Source: the human T2T-CHM13v2.0 reference genome, Homo sapiens
DNA: 64,000 bases
Assembly: GCF_009914755.1 (NCBI RefSeq)
Contig: NC_060931.1
Reading direction: 5' to 3' (one strand)
The translations under genes were made by a program, and so were the position numbers. This document shows, piece by piece, positions 1 through 14,418 of this stretch (position 1 is its first letter; every line of letters starts with the position of its first letter). The notes under the pieces were generated by a model, which ran no database searches, was not told where the DNA came from, and was given only the letters and a program-made list of their open reading frames with translations.

Positions 1-940
1 CAATTAAATGCTGTGAATCTGATTTACCTTGACTGTTGGAGTTGTCTTTAAAATTTTTATTTTATAGAATACTAGTTCACTTATTTTTTTGCCTGATTCT
101 GTAAAATTTCTCCATTGCTTCGTAGATGGGAAACCCCCTGCATTTTTCTATATTTTTGAGCTAAGAACCAGCAAATTCACCACATTCTTCGTGCCTTTTA
201 AAGGTATAACCTACCTTCTATTAAATTAATTTTTGTCACTAATTCTGACTCTTTGGAGAAACTGTTTTATCAATGTTAATATCTTGTTATATGAATATAC
301 CATGAATATAATATTCCTAGTATAACTTTACTATTCAATTTGTAAGTACACAGTTCCCGAAATTCTAAATAATGAATAGTGGAAAATATGGAAGATTGTC
401 ACTGAAGACACACCTAACTAGTGAACTAGTTTTGTGAATGGCTTTGTGACGGCATTCTGATCCTAGTTTGTATTCTCTCAATGCCTGTGTGCCAGGCACT
501 GTTTCAGTAATGGGTAGTGGGAATTCAGGGTGAATCAAGGCAGAGTCTTTGCCTTTGCAGGATTTTTCTGGAGCTTCTGTGCACCTTGTAGAGTAAAGTA
601 GACAGTACCCCAGTAACAAGTTGTGTAGTATCTTGCTCATTCTGTCTGGTAACATTTTGTGTGTGACTCATTTTTTAGATCTTGCCTGAAATCTGAAGAA
701 ATGATAACAGATATAAAATAGTTGGACCTTATAATGGGAAAGAAACTGGAACATTAGGAAATTCCACGATATACTTGATTTGATGATTTTTTCCTCGTAG
801 AGAGCGTGGTCCACTGGAATAAAATTTTCTAGAAGTCAGTTGCATTTTTTTTAACCACTTAGGATATTTTACTTCTGATGAATGACTACATGAATAACTA
901 GTTATTAAGTTAATTCACATTTAAAGTACTTCATGCATTA

Positions 941-1360
<420 letters not shown>

Positions 1361-4300
1361 TTATAAGTCTTGTCATACTCATTTCTTCTACTTGCTTCTG
1401 GATATTTTGACTTCTTTTCCTGAACCCCTTTCAGCCTTCTGAAGTTTCATCTAATTTCCAAGTTCTGTTGTTATATTTTTCCCCTCATTTTTGCTTCTGA
1501 GAATCAGTTCCTATGTTTTCTTTGATGTGAAGAATAATAATAGGCTGTCGGTTGAATATTTTTCAGGTTTATTAATATGTATTATGCCTTTTGTTACCTT
1601 TTTTCAGTTGCTGCTTGAAATTTACTTTTGTAGTTGCCTTCTGGCAGGCATAGAAATAGACAACATAGTTACCCAGGCTTTAAACTGAGAACAAGTAGAT
1701 GGGAGAAAAAAAAGCAGGTAAAAATATCACTAAATTGGACTATCAAATATTTTTTATAATTTTTCATAACTTATTCTTACTACTCTGCAGTATCAGGTTT
1801 TAAAAAGTGATGTTAAAATGGAGAAAAAGAATTAAAGATAATAATTCCAAATCAGCAGAAATAACCTGAAGAAAGAAATGGATTTTTATGGTAAGGGTTG
1901 GCTTAGCACATGGCATTATTATTTGAAGAAGATTGTCAAGGAAAAGAGCAATATCCTCTGAGAACAGAGAGAGATTAAAGAGCAAGTTTTGTCTATAGGA
2001 GGGAAATATTGAAGGTTAATGTCACTCATCAATTGATGTAGGACACTACAAGTTGCTTCCAATTTCTTGAAAATAGTTACTGTAAAAAATAAGATAATTA
2101 GTGAAAAACATGAGGAAGGCATATATCAAAGATAACATTACTGAGAAAATTATTCTAACACCACTTTATAGACATTTATATGAATAAAATTAATAATTAA
2201 TGGAGAAAATGTTACTGCTTCTGAAGGAAATTTGCCAGGATACTTTAGTTGGGCATTTTTTTTTCTGTTTTAAGAGACAGTGATGAAATTAATTTCATTT
2301 AATTTGAATTAATTTAATCTGTACTTAAAGTAAACTGTCTTATGTTTTCAGATGAAGAAGAAGCACCTGAAGAATAGTTTATATTTTACATTTTATCTCA
2401 ACATTCCTTGAGTCACTCATTCATCATTTGTTGAGTCCCTACTGTGTGCCAGATTCTAAAAGAAATGCCTTATGACTGAGATGTTGACAGTCGTAGGCCT
2501 CAATAATTCATCCTAGAGTGAATTGGGTTTTTTGTAGGGCAAAGTATTTGGTAGTGATTCTAGAGAGAAAATATTTTAAGGAAACGTAGTTGAACGTTCA
2601 GTAATAGAAATGAGATCGGTGTCTCTCATTTAATCATATGCTGCCATATGGGCAATGACCTTCATAATTCCTACATATTCTCATCTTTAAGCTGTATACT
2701 CTTTAAGAATAGGAGTTCTGTTTTATTCCTTTTGTAAATCAAATATTTAACACACTTTCTGGGACACAGTAAAGGTCAATAAGGTTTTAAGTGAGTCCAA
2801 GGCTCATTGTTGGTTAGAAAACAAGTTGCATTTTAGTCCTTTTTGAAGGTTCAACAATTGTTGATTTGCCTATTAACAAGATCAATCAGTGAAATTCTAG
2901 GGAATGTAAATGTTTCCTAAATTATTGAGAAACCTTCTTGCAATACTTTATTCTAACCCATGAACATGGTAAAAGCACTGTGGTTTTTAAAAAAAAGCTG
3001 TAAGATTTATCTTAATAACGAAATATAAGCCTTGATCTTATGTCTTTAGATCACTGTAGGCAAAAGTATAATAAAATTAAGGGAGATTGAATTGAAGAGT
3101 TTAAAATTATAAGTATACTATGTTAGCTATGTAATGTGTACTATTACATATTATAGTAAAAATATATATTATATATATAGTATTATCGTTTAAAAACTGA
3201 TAATATAAGGGAGAATAAAACACTAAAAATAAATGCATATTTTTAAGGATACAAATATCTTCACTTTTATCTCCAAATTTCACAACTGTCCACAAATGTA
3301 TTTTCTCCTAATGTTAATTCATGGGATAGACAATAATGTAAATAGCTTTAAAAATGACAAGAATAAGATTTTTAAGTTAATGAAATATTCTCGTTTTTGT
3401 TCCAGTTCAGAGATATTTCTGCTGATAAAAGAGGTGATTTACCATAAGATGATTTCCAATCTCTATTAATTTATAGAAAAATGATGTGTCTTTTACAGTC
3501 TTGCATCATTTCATTTGTCAGCCAAAAAAGCTAATGAAAGTTTGCCTAAACTCTCCCATTTTAAATGAGCAGACTTAAACTTTTCACATATTAATATAAA
3601 TTAGATGACTTTTGTCCTTGCCTGAAGTGACAATGTCAATGTCTGGAGCTTACATCTTTCATGACTGTCAGCTAATTAGAATGCAAGAGAGCTGTAAAGG
3701 TCTCCTCTCTAATCCGCCATCCTGGATTACATCCAGTGTTAGCACTCCTGTCAGTCATCTCAGAGCCCTGAGCTGCATTTCCCAAACCTACGATAAGTAT
3801 AGTTTCCATGAGAATCAACAGCAGGAGGTAAAAAAAACCCTACATTTTTATATATCAGAATTTAAAATAAATCTGATAATCGCACTACTCTAAAGTCCTC
3901 AATCTGCTGCCACTGAACAGATACCATCTTTCTGCGGACTAAAAGATTGTCAGTCAAAGAAGTGCTCTTGCTGTTTCTTGTTTACATACTTTTGCACAAC
4001 TAGAAATCGTGTTTCCTGAGAGAAGTAATTTTTTGTTTAGTGACTTCTCCTGAGTTGCAGGAGTATGTTGACTTCACTTACTGCTCTCCTTTCTAGCTCT
4101 CAGCTCTTCTTCTTCCATTTGGCTTTCCCAGTCTTCATCTGAAGGGCAAGTGCCACAAAACGGTGTCTCTTTCTTTCATGCTCACTGTCTCACTCCAATC
4201 TTCTGTTAACATCCTTGCAAAAGTTCATGCTGCAGCCTCAATTTTCTTTACAATCATAGTCTTTGCTGACTACCTTCTTTTTTTAACTGGAATTTATTAG

Positions 4301-4829
4301 TAAATTCAGGCTGCTAATGAAACTTATTTGGAAAGCTTTCCTCCAAATCTTTAATCAGTAACCTCTCTACCACCTCCCTGTGTCTCCTGGGTCAATCATG
4401 AGCTCCAGGTATCCATTGTTTTTTCCAGATGGGTTTTCTTCCAAAACATGAACAGACATCTACCTGCCTTTCAGACTCCCCAGGTTATATCACCCTTTAG
4501 TAGTCTCAAGGTCTCTCTTTTCCAGATGCATTAAAGAAATTAATACTCAGTTAAGTTTTCCTCTCAACTCAAATCATCCTCATCCAACGTAGCCTCAGTG
4601 TCTCCAGGGAGGACCCACTTAACACTCTATCTGTTCTTCAAACGAGGTTCTTTGCTACTTGACTTCAGGCACTCATGCCCGTGGCCACTCCCTAAACCTT
4701 ATCATCCTCAAACACTAATCCATTTCAGAAATATGAGTCCTTGAATTTCCACAGTTTTATTTCTTTCTACAGTTCTGTGCCTTTCTTAGACTGCATTTGG
4801 ATTTCCTGGAGATCTCTAAGTTCTTAAAG

Positions 4830-4996
4830 TTCTTACTACTCAAAATGAGTTCTGTGGACCAGCAGTGGGAGTGTCAGCCTTACCTGGGAGCTTGTTGGAA
4901 ATGTAGGATTCTCTGACCCCTCTTCACACCTTGTCTGCAATTTAGTAAGGTCCCCATGTGCTTCATACACACATGCATGTTTTAGAGGACTGCTCT
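4830..4996. mobile_element. MER5A-like hAT-Charlie DNA transposon remnant
   Basis: ctactcaaaatg...ggaccagcag...acctgggagcttgttggaaatgtagga...gttttagaggactgctct resembles the MER5A consensus. Confidence 0.7.
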
Positions 4997-5494
4997 GACA
5001 CTGACAGTCTTTACTCAGTTGCTTTCCCGCGTAGCCTGTATTTCTAGATCAAACATTTCAGTTTGTTCTCACCAGCATGCTTATCTGTCACTGTATTCTG
5101 CCTAACCTGCTGAGGGCTGCTAGTATGAATGACCACACTGAACTGGGACTGTTGCTTGCTCATGGTTTGTAAACTTAACTAGACCTCAAGGCTGCTCAGT
5201 GCTGTTTCTGAGAACTACTCCTTCCTACTTTCCAATACTTGTATACCTTTCCTCAGAGGTCCCATTATATGTCTCCAAACACTCTTTGTTTTCTTTTAAA
5301 GTCCTGCCTCCCATTTAGAGAGAATGAGATTATTTTGCCAGAAACAATCTTAATATCTCTCCTACATGCCTACAAACATCTATATTCATCCTATTTTTCC
5401 CTTCTTTCCTTTTGTCAGTAAGGAAGTATCTTTTTAAATATCTAAGGCTACACCTCCATTGTACTGATTCCACTTAACCACCGTCCCCTCCACC

Positions 5495-6700
5495 TTTATA
5501 AATAAATTTTTATTCTGATATAATTTGTTAGTTTCAGAAAAGTTGCAAGGATTGTGCAGAGATTTCCGAAATATCCCTATAGTGGGTTGTATAGTAACTC
5601 AAAAGTTTGTCTTGTACCTGTGAATGTGATCGTAATTGGAAATAGGGTCTTTGAAGATGAAATTAAAGATTTCAAGATGGGATCATCCTGATACTAGGGA
5701 GGACTCTAAATCCAATGATGAATGTCCTTATAAGAGACAGAAAAGGAACAGACACAGACATGGGATGTGGGGGCCGGAGGAGAAGTCTTGAAGAAGGTCA
5801 TGTGAGATTGAAGTGCAGTTACAAACAAAGAAACACCAAAGATTTTTAGCAGCCAGCATGAAATGCTTCTCCCTCAGGCATGAAATGGCTTCTCCCTCAG
5901 ATCCTCCAGAAGGAAATCGCCCTGCTCATACCTTGATTTCAGACTTCTGGCCTCCAGAACTATGAGAAAATGTGCTGTGGTTTTCAGTTTGTAGGAATTT
6001 GTTATGGCAGACGTAGGAAACCAGCACAGCCCCTCACTCGGTTTCCTTTAATGTTTACATCTTACATTACCAGATACATTTGTACAAACTAAGGAACCAT
6101 CCTTGGTATATTGCTATTAACTAAACTCTTGTCCTTATTCGGATTTCCCTAGCTTTTACACTAATGTCCTTTTTGTGTTCCAGGATTCAATCTAAAGGGA
6201 TACCACATTGTGTTTAGTCATCATGTCTCTTTAGTCATTTGTGATATGTGATGGTTTCTCAGTCTTTCTTTGTTTTTCAGTCTTTACAGTAGTGAGGAGT
6301 AATGGTTAGTTATTTGATAGAATGCTCCTCAATTTGCATTTGTCTGGTGGTAGTCTCATAACTCGAGGTTATGAACTTTTGGGAAAAACCAACATCACAA
6401 AGTGACATAATTATGTTATACCAGGAGGTACATGAGATCAATGTGGCATCACTGCTTATGTTAACATTAATCACATGGTTAAAGTAGTGTTTGCTAGGTT
6501 TCTCTGCTGTAAAGTTACTATTTTCCACTTTCTATCCTCAATTATTTCAAAGAGAGTGATGAAGTCCAGCTTACATTCAAGGGAAGAAGAGCATTTCCAT
6601 ATATTATTTGGAATATTTCTGTAAGAAAGATTTATCTCTTCTCCCACATTTTTTGTTTATTCAATCATTTATTCACATTAGTATGAGTCATTTCATTTCA
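5495..6700 (-). mobile_element. Old L1M (L1MC/MD-type) 3' region, split by an MLT1 LTR
   Basis: Antisense L1M 3'UTR-like text (tttcagaaaagttgcaagg...; ccaggattcaatct...gataccacattg) on both sides of 5578-6028. Confidence 0.65.
5578..6028 (+). mobile_element. MLT1 (B/C-like) MaLR solo LTR
   Basis: gaatgtga...ggaaatagggtctttgaagatg...cttctggcctccagaactatgaga...tttgttatggcag hallmark motifs. Confidence 0.88.
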
Positions 6701-7389
6701 TATGAATCGTTTATTCATAACAGACTCATGCCCCATAAATTTGTAACTAGTTCTATTCTGTTTCCCATCCTAAATAATATCTCTTCTGCCCTATTTTTTC
6801 CTTCTAGCAATACTACTTTCCCAAACCCCATAATCTTTGTTTCTCTCTCCCCACCCCTCTTTCATTTATTGGTTAAGTGAGAACCAGACACTAACTGTAT
6901 CTTAAGGATAAAGTGATAAATAACATATAGTTCATTTTCCGTAGGATTTCACAGCCTAGCAAATTCTGCTATGTGCTGTTTACCATGCTAGGTTCTAAGG
7001 ATGTAAAGGCATTTTGGGGGCACCCAAAAGGAGATAATACTCCACTTCTTCACAGTCAGTCTTTCCAGTTTCTTACCTGTATTTACTCCTCCCTCATTCA
7101 CTGTTTACAGATTTCCTTACACTGCATGGTTTCTTTCCATGGAAATTATATTATTTGCTTAGTTTCTACTGCATGCTAATGATCCTCAAATATCTTTCTC
7201 ACTCAGAACTCTCTCCTAGGCTCCAGACTTGTTTATTTTACTACTACCTGGAATAGCACAGAGACACCTCTAATGACCTCCAAATATTTTCTCCTTCCTC
7301 AAAGCCTACACCCTATTAATTACACTATTATAATTTCCTGGGATTCATTCTGAGCACCATCCTATTATCTTCTAAACCCACTCAGCCAC

Positions 7390-8344
7390 TGTGATGGTTA
7401 ATTTTAGGTGTCAACTTGACTGGATTAAAGATTACCTAGAGAACTAGTAAAGGATTATTACTGTGTGTGTCTTGACAGTTTCCAGAGGAGATCGGCCTGT
7501 GAGGCATTGGACTGAGTGAGGAAGATGACCTCCAATGTAGGTGGGCACCATCCAATCAGCTGTGGGCCCAGATATAACAAAAAAGTGAGTTTCTTTCTCT
7601 CCTGGAGCTGGAGTGCACATTTGTTTTTCTCTTGTCTTTGGACATCAGAACCCCAGGCTCTCTGGCTTTTGAACTCCAAGACTTACACCAACTCCCTCCT
7701 GAGGCCCCTATGCCTTGGGTTCTCAGGCCTTTGTCCTTGGACTGAGTGTTACACCATCATTCTGGGTTTCACCACCTGGTTCTGAGGATTTTGGGCTTCA
7801 ACTGGACGATTTTATTGGTCTTTTCTCACACTGCTGTAAAGAACTACCTGAGGCTGGGTAATTTATGAAGAACAGAGGCTTAATTGACTCACAGTTCTGC
7901 AGACTGTACTGGAAGCATGGTTGGAGGCCTCAGGCAACTTACAATCATGGTGGAAGGTGAAGGAAGCACATCTTATCATGGCAGAGCAGGAGGTAGAGAG
8001 AGCCAAGAGAGAAGTGCTACACACTTTTAAACCATCAGTTCCTGTGGGAACTCACTACTGTGAGAACAGCAAGGGGGAAACCACCCCCATGATCCAATCA
8101 CCTCCAACCAGGTCCCTCTCCTAACACTGGGAATTACAATTCAACATGAGATTTGCGTGAGGACACAGAGCCAAATCGTATCAGCCATGCTACTGGCATT
8201 CTAGGTGACCTCCAGCTTGCACGTGGCCTATCATGGGACTTCTCAGCCTCCATAATTGCGAGAGCCAATTCCCCTAATAAGTCTTCTCTTACATATCTAT
8301 ATATCCTATTGGTTCTATTTCTCTGGAGAATCCTGATTAATATG
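7390..8344 (+). mobile_element. MLT2 (ERVL) solo LTR interrupted by an MST LTR
   Basis: Starts tgtgatggttaattttaggtgtcaacttgactggatt, ends cctattggttctatttctctggagaatcctgattaat; perfect 5-bp TSD gccac (7385-7389 / 8345-8349). Confidence 0.9.
7811..8183 (-). mobile_element. MSTA-like MaLR solo LTR
   Basis: aagaactacctgaggctgggtaatttatgaag...atgatccaatcacctcc...ggacacagagccaaatcgtatca is the antisense MST consensus. Confidence 0.9.
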
Positions 8345-8373
8345 GCCACATAGCCTTTAGAATTTATATCCTA

Positions 8374-8696
<323 letters not shown>

Positions 8697-9243
8697 CTAA
8701 ATATTTTTCAAGTAATAACTGTACTTTTTCTCAATATCTCTGCTTTTGTGTGCTATCTCCATTAAATGCCGATCCACATTCTGTAATCTTTCCGGAGTTA
8801 GCATTCTAAAACGTAAATTTGAACATATTCCTTTCTGATTTAAAATACCTTTTAGCATTTCTTTTCCCCAGGATAAGGCCCAAACATACAATATCCTATT
8901 AAATGTGATTTTCATATTGTCGTGGCTCAGTGCTTTCATGGTTTAGTCACACCGAGCAACATACCCGTCCACTTTCAGGTTCGTGTGACTTTGTGCACAT
9001 CCTTCCTCATTCCTGGATGACCACCCCCTCATTTCCCTTAAGCTCCCATTCTGTCTTCATGACCACCTCGAATATTTTCTCTGTGTCTCCTTTCCCCAAA
9101 TTCTGCAGAGACAGATACTTCTCTATGCCTCTATAGCATGTCGATATCTGTTAGGCAATTTTTTACATTATCTACGTTTGTAAATTTTCTTTACTAGGCT
9201 GCTACAAGAAAATAGGGACAATGTTTTTATTTATCTTTATATA

Positions 9244-9957
9244 CAGTAGTCCTCCTTATTTTGGGGGAATATATTCCCAGACCCCCAGTGGGTGCCTGAA
9301 ACTGATTGCCATCAGGTGGAACACATTTCTGTTCATGTCTTACACCCATAAATTTAATGCCTTTTCCATTTTAGTTTGGCACTTATCACGCACTATGGCC
9401 ATAACTTTTGCATTTTGGGGCGTGACAGCAAAACTAGCACACATTTCTTTTTTCTTCTTCACAATTTCACAGATAGAAGATTCATTCCTACCGTAGATCT
9501 TAGCAACCTCACCATACAAATTTTTTGCTTGCTTTATTACCTTGAGAACTTTTACCTCTTCACTTATAGAAAGCACTTTACAGATTCTGTTCGGCATAGT
9601 CAAATTGCCAGCATCACTACTCTTGCATTTTGCAGCTGCTGTGAAATAAAATAAGTGTTCTTTGAACACAAGTATGGTGATACAACCATAGTTGAACTGA
9701 TCATCTAAATGGCTACTAAGTGGCTAGTGGGAGGTAGTGTAGACAGCATGGATTTCCTGGGCAAAGGGATGATTCACATCTCGAGCGGATGGAGTTGGAT
9801 GGCGTGAGATTTCATCATGCTACTCAGAATGGTGCGCAATTTGAAGCATATGAATTGCTTATTTCTGGAATTTTTCATTTAATATTTTCAGATCATGGTT
9901 GAATGTGGATACCTGGAACCATAGAGAGAGAAACTATGTATACCGGGGAGACTGCTG
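9244..9957 (-). mobile_element. MER44/Tigger7 internally deleted TcMar-Tigger DNA transposon
   Basis: Termini cagtagtcc...gactgctg flanked by TA on both sides; ORF 9340-9669(-) resembles the N-terminal HTH of Tigger/CENP-B-type transposases. Confidence 0.88.
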
Positions 9958-12384
9958 TACACAGTGCTCACCACATAGTAGCTGGTTTTCAATGCACATT
10001 TGTTCAAAGAATGAAGAAATACAAGCCTGCAAATATCTTATTTCCTTCCTCATCAGCTAGATGTTAGTACTAGGGTGATATTTTCTATTATAAAAATGTA
10101 TTTTCTGTATAATTTTAACTTCAGCTGATTTCTCTTATTAACCAAAGAGAAAGCCTATTGTCCAAGGTGTAGGCTATAGAAAAGGACCTTTGAGTTTCAG
10201 AGATGGTTTTGGCAGCTGCTGGTTGAGACGTTCATTTTAACAAACATCATCGAATTGTTGAATTTGTAACATACTCTACATAGACAAAAAGGGCATGTTA
10301 AATCTCTCCCACATGGCTTTTTCTAATGCTCTCACTTCCCTTGTCATTGCCATGCTCCGGATTCCTGGTGTTCTTGTTCCTTTGTCCATCAGCCACCCGG
10401 TACTGTCATGCTCCTTGATTATTCTTCTAAACATTCCTCCCTACTTCCCCACTTTTATCTCTTCCACCAGCTCACTTGGCTCCCAAAGCTGGAATTTCTT
10501 TGATACACTCTATTAGGAGGAAAGTCATATGCGTTTATCTTTGACGTTCTTATGATACCTTGGAGTTATAGCCACAGTTTTCTGTACATTCTCATTTGAT
10601 CCTGCTTCAGGGGGCTATTATCTCTAATTTTCAGACAAGCTGATCGAGATTCACTGAATTTATGCTTTCCCTAATATTCCCCTACAAAAAGAGTTGGACC
10701 TGGAATCCTGATTTGACTTAAAATCCCACATACTTTTCAACTCAGAGAAATCAGGTCCTGATGACATCCTTTGTGCCCTGGAAAAGTAGTATCTAAACCA
10801 AAATTATACAGGAATGTCTCAGTTATAAGAGCCAATATTTTTTTCAGGAGCAAGCGTAAGTCAGGTTTTCTGTCTACATGAGACCTAATTGCAATCAAAA
10901 TATTCTGGTCAGATATAGCCTTTACAGGTTTTGATTCTGTGGTTGGTGAATATTAACAAGTGTGATTTATAAGGCATCTGAATGTGTATGTCTCTGTGCT
11001 TGTTGCAGAAGAGGGAAATATAGAAGTGTTGTCATATATTTCATTGCCTTCTCTGTGACAGAAAAAAATCAACCATGAAATGAAAATGTTCTTTTTCAAT
11101 AGAAGTGTCTCTGCATTCATATATTTTCTTGAGTGTTTTAGATTATTGTTTCTTTCTTTGTTTAAAACCAACTTAAGTTGAATATAAATATGTTGGCTCA
11201 GGAAGTGATGAAAATATAAATATACTTCTTACATATCCTGGTCACCATTAAAATTACCACTTTCAGAAAGAACCAAGACAAGCCTACCCCTGTCATTTTC
11301 TCTCTCAGTGTAACTGACACTATTCCTAGTAGCCCAGTTCTGTCTCTCTGGAACAGCTGTAGGAAATGTGGGCAAATGTCCCAGCAAAATAGTATTAAGA
11401 TGCATCAAAGAAAGTCTTTTGATTCATAAGCAGCTTAGCTCACTACTGGATTTTTTTTTTCACTCTACTCATTACAGCAGAAATACTGAATCAATACAGT
11501 GGCAGCCTGGTAGATAACCCTAGGGTTTTGCCCACAAATTGCCCTCAGCACATAATCTATATGGCTTGATTTAATCTAGGTAATTCAGAAGTAATCTAGC
11601 CTCTGAATTTTTCTGTGTTTGTTTTGCTTCATTTGTTTACGAGGGAGTGAATCTTCATCCTAATCCTGAGAGAGGAATAGTTTGTTTGATAAGTGTTTCA
11701 CTCCCAGAAACAAGAAATGCATATGTGTCTTTGGATTTGAAATCAATGTTGATATTTTCATGGGCTTAAATTGGCTCCCAGAATGTTCTTAGGTGGTGCC
11801 AGGAGGTCAGATTTCAGAGTCAGTGTTCTCCTGGATGCCCTCTCTTGTGTGAGCTGTTTTCCCACTTTGGCTATGCAGTACGCCAGCAGTTATTCTTCCC
11901 CAGAAACCTAGCAAGCCTTGCTTTTTAGTTGGAGCTGATGTCTTTAATTACTGTTCTTTTTAAGTCTGACTGAAAGATACATCCTCCAGTCATTTGTTTT
12001 GTAGAACAGAATTCACAATTTATTCAAGTCTCATGCTAAAATCATATCGACTTTTGAAAATGGCATTTGTAGTAAAACACTGCAGAAGTAAAGTTCCCAA
12101 AATATCATTTAAAAATTCTGCCCATAGACATTGATTTTGTAAAAATATATCAAAATAGAATTTTTAACAAACCAAATTTTCAGTTTTCAATATTCTTAAA
12201 TGTCATCAACTAAACAAAAATGACTTCAACAGAAATCTAGACAAATAAACTGAAAAAATGCTACTAAAAGATGATGTGAAAGTAGGAAGTTCAACAATTT
12301 TTAATTCAAATTTGTGAGATTTCAAATATCAGCATTATCACTTCTTGGCTCTTTTTCCTTCAAGAAATTAGGTTTATGTAAATA

Positions 12385-12500
12385 GAATTCCTCATGTGAA
12401 AATGAAGGTAATGATAAGTGGGGCTATTATGAGGTTAAGAATAATATACATAAAATGTCTGACACATATTGGGACTCAATAAATGTAATTATTTTTATTA
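12385..12500 (+). mobile_element. MIR fragment
   Basis: ttcctcatgtgaaaatg...tgaggttaag...ctcaataaatgt MIR core and 3' motifs. Confidence 0.6.
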
Positions 12501-13315
12501 CAATAATTTTCAATACCTTCATTTCAGGTTTTCATTGTGACTAACATTGTGTTAATTGGTCCTGTTACATATATCATCAAGTGAATTTTTAACACTCTTC
12601 CCAATATCATATTTATAATAGTGCAAGGAGAAACATATCAATAGAATATTTATTATACTGAAGAATAAGAGTGTATGAGCATACTAATAGTGTTATAAGC
12701 CTATGCTACAGCATTTCTTGCTCCAAACACTGTAATAGGAGTGTACTTAGAAGTTAGAACATAGAAAAATACCATGAATTATACACATTTTCAAGAGCTA
12801 TAATAGTCTTTGTCGCAAGTGAATTTTTATAGAGAAACTTAGTCTATTTCCATGATAGTTTCCCTGGAAGACTTGGCCTTCCCTATAGGAAACTCCTTCA
12901 TTCATTTTAACATGAATAGTTATTCAAGATGAACCAGTGTTCTTTGATAATTTGATCTGATTCTTTTATATAGGTTTTTAGCTAAAGTATTCCCCCACTT
13001 TTGGAGGCATTTTTTTATATGAGTTTTCACTGTCAGTGAATCCCCTTTCAGACACATTCATAAAAAAAGCCTGTCAGATTTGTGTTAAGAAAGCAATTCT
13101 GCATCAGAAGTAAATGAGATAGCCACCAAGAGAGTGTCAGGTAACATTTTATTACTTATGAATAGTAATTCATAATAACTACATGAATTTGCTTGTAAAT
13201 ACTGATATTGCCTGCAGAGACTTTTGAAACTATCACTCTGGGTGATAGAGGGTTAAGCTCAGGCAAGGTGACGGGTTGCAACTGTTGTCAGATGGGTTCT
13301 TAGTGCACATGGTTT

Positions 13316-14418
13316 TGATAGCAGCAGGAGGCAGACAAATCCTAGGCAGACAGGGACAGGTCCCCAGTGAAACTCCACCTTCAAACCAAAGACAGTTTAA
13401 AGCCCAAAGGCCAAGCTGCAAGTCTCAGATAAATCCACAGACCAGATTGAGGACCTGTCTTCTTGTTTGGCTTGCTTTACTCTGATTAATCCTCACCCTT
13501 CACATAGGTTACATATACTTACCTTCCCTAATTGGTTTTTTACACTGTCATTGCCATGTTTGAATGCTGCCTTTGATTTACCCTTTTTTGCTTACTCACA
13601 AACCAATCAGCATGCACTCTCCATTCTGAGCCCATAAAAGCCTCGAAGTCAACCACTCTGAGAAAGAGACCACTGGACTATGGGTGGTGGACCATGCTCA
13701 TGTCCCCTTTCTGCTGAGAGCTATTTCCTCACTCAATAAACTTCTTCTCCCCCCTCCTTACCATTCAATTGTCAATCTATTCTCATTCTTCTTGGATGTG
13801 GGACAAGGGCTCAGGACCCACTGAACACGGGTACAGAAAAGGCTGTAACGCTGTGGCCCCCTGCCCTCTGCCAGTGGAGGGCAGCTGCCCCATGCAACAG
13901 AAAACAGCAGCAGAACTGAGCCAGCCCCAGAGCCACAGGTTGGAGCAGAGCAAGGGGCTGACAGAGCTGTTAATGCACTGACATCCGTTGAGCTGTGAAC
14001 AGCAGGACTGAAAGAGCTAATTAGCATGATGTAACACCCCTGCTCTGGGGCTTCAGGGTCGTGGGCACCCCTGCCTGGGAATCCTTATGTTCCCGTCATC
14101 TGGACACTGGAGTTCACTGTGTCAGTGGCTTGCGACATGCCTTGTCCAGCTGCAAGCCCTGCATGGAGCCTGTTCTTGTGCTGGCGCATGGAATGGACAG
14201 CCAGACCTGGCACTCACTTGCTCACACACCCACTCCCACTGGGGGCTGAGCGTGCAGTTGCAGTGACTGCGGGATCCATGCTGGGGGTCAGGCCAGGCAC
14301 AGCCCAAGGGACTGAGTGGACAGGGCATCTTCTGTGGTGAACCCCATCTTGAACCCCTGGGAAGTGGTGTTGCTGGCTGGAGGTCTCCAGCTAAGTGACT
14401 GAGAAAAACCCTGCATCA
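13316..14418 (+). mobile_element. ERV1 solo LTR (LTR28-like, LTR1/MER52 group)
   Basis: TG...CA ends (tgatagcagcaggaggcagac...cctgcatca); 4-bp TSD gttt (13312-13315 / 14419-14422); TATA-like cataaaa near 13633 and aataaa near 13735. Confidence 0.85.

Noticed and set aside
2283-2298. Perfect 16-bp palindrome atgaaattaatttcat
   Set aside because: Expected by chance in 64 kb of AT-rich DNA; no supporting context
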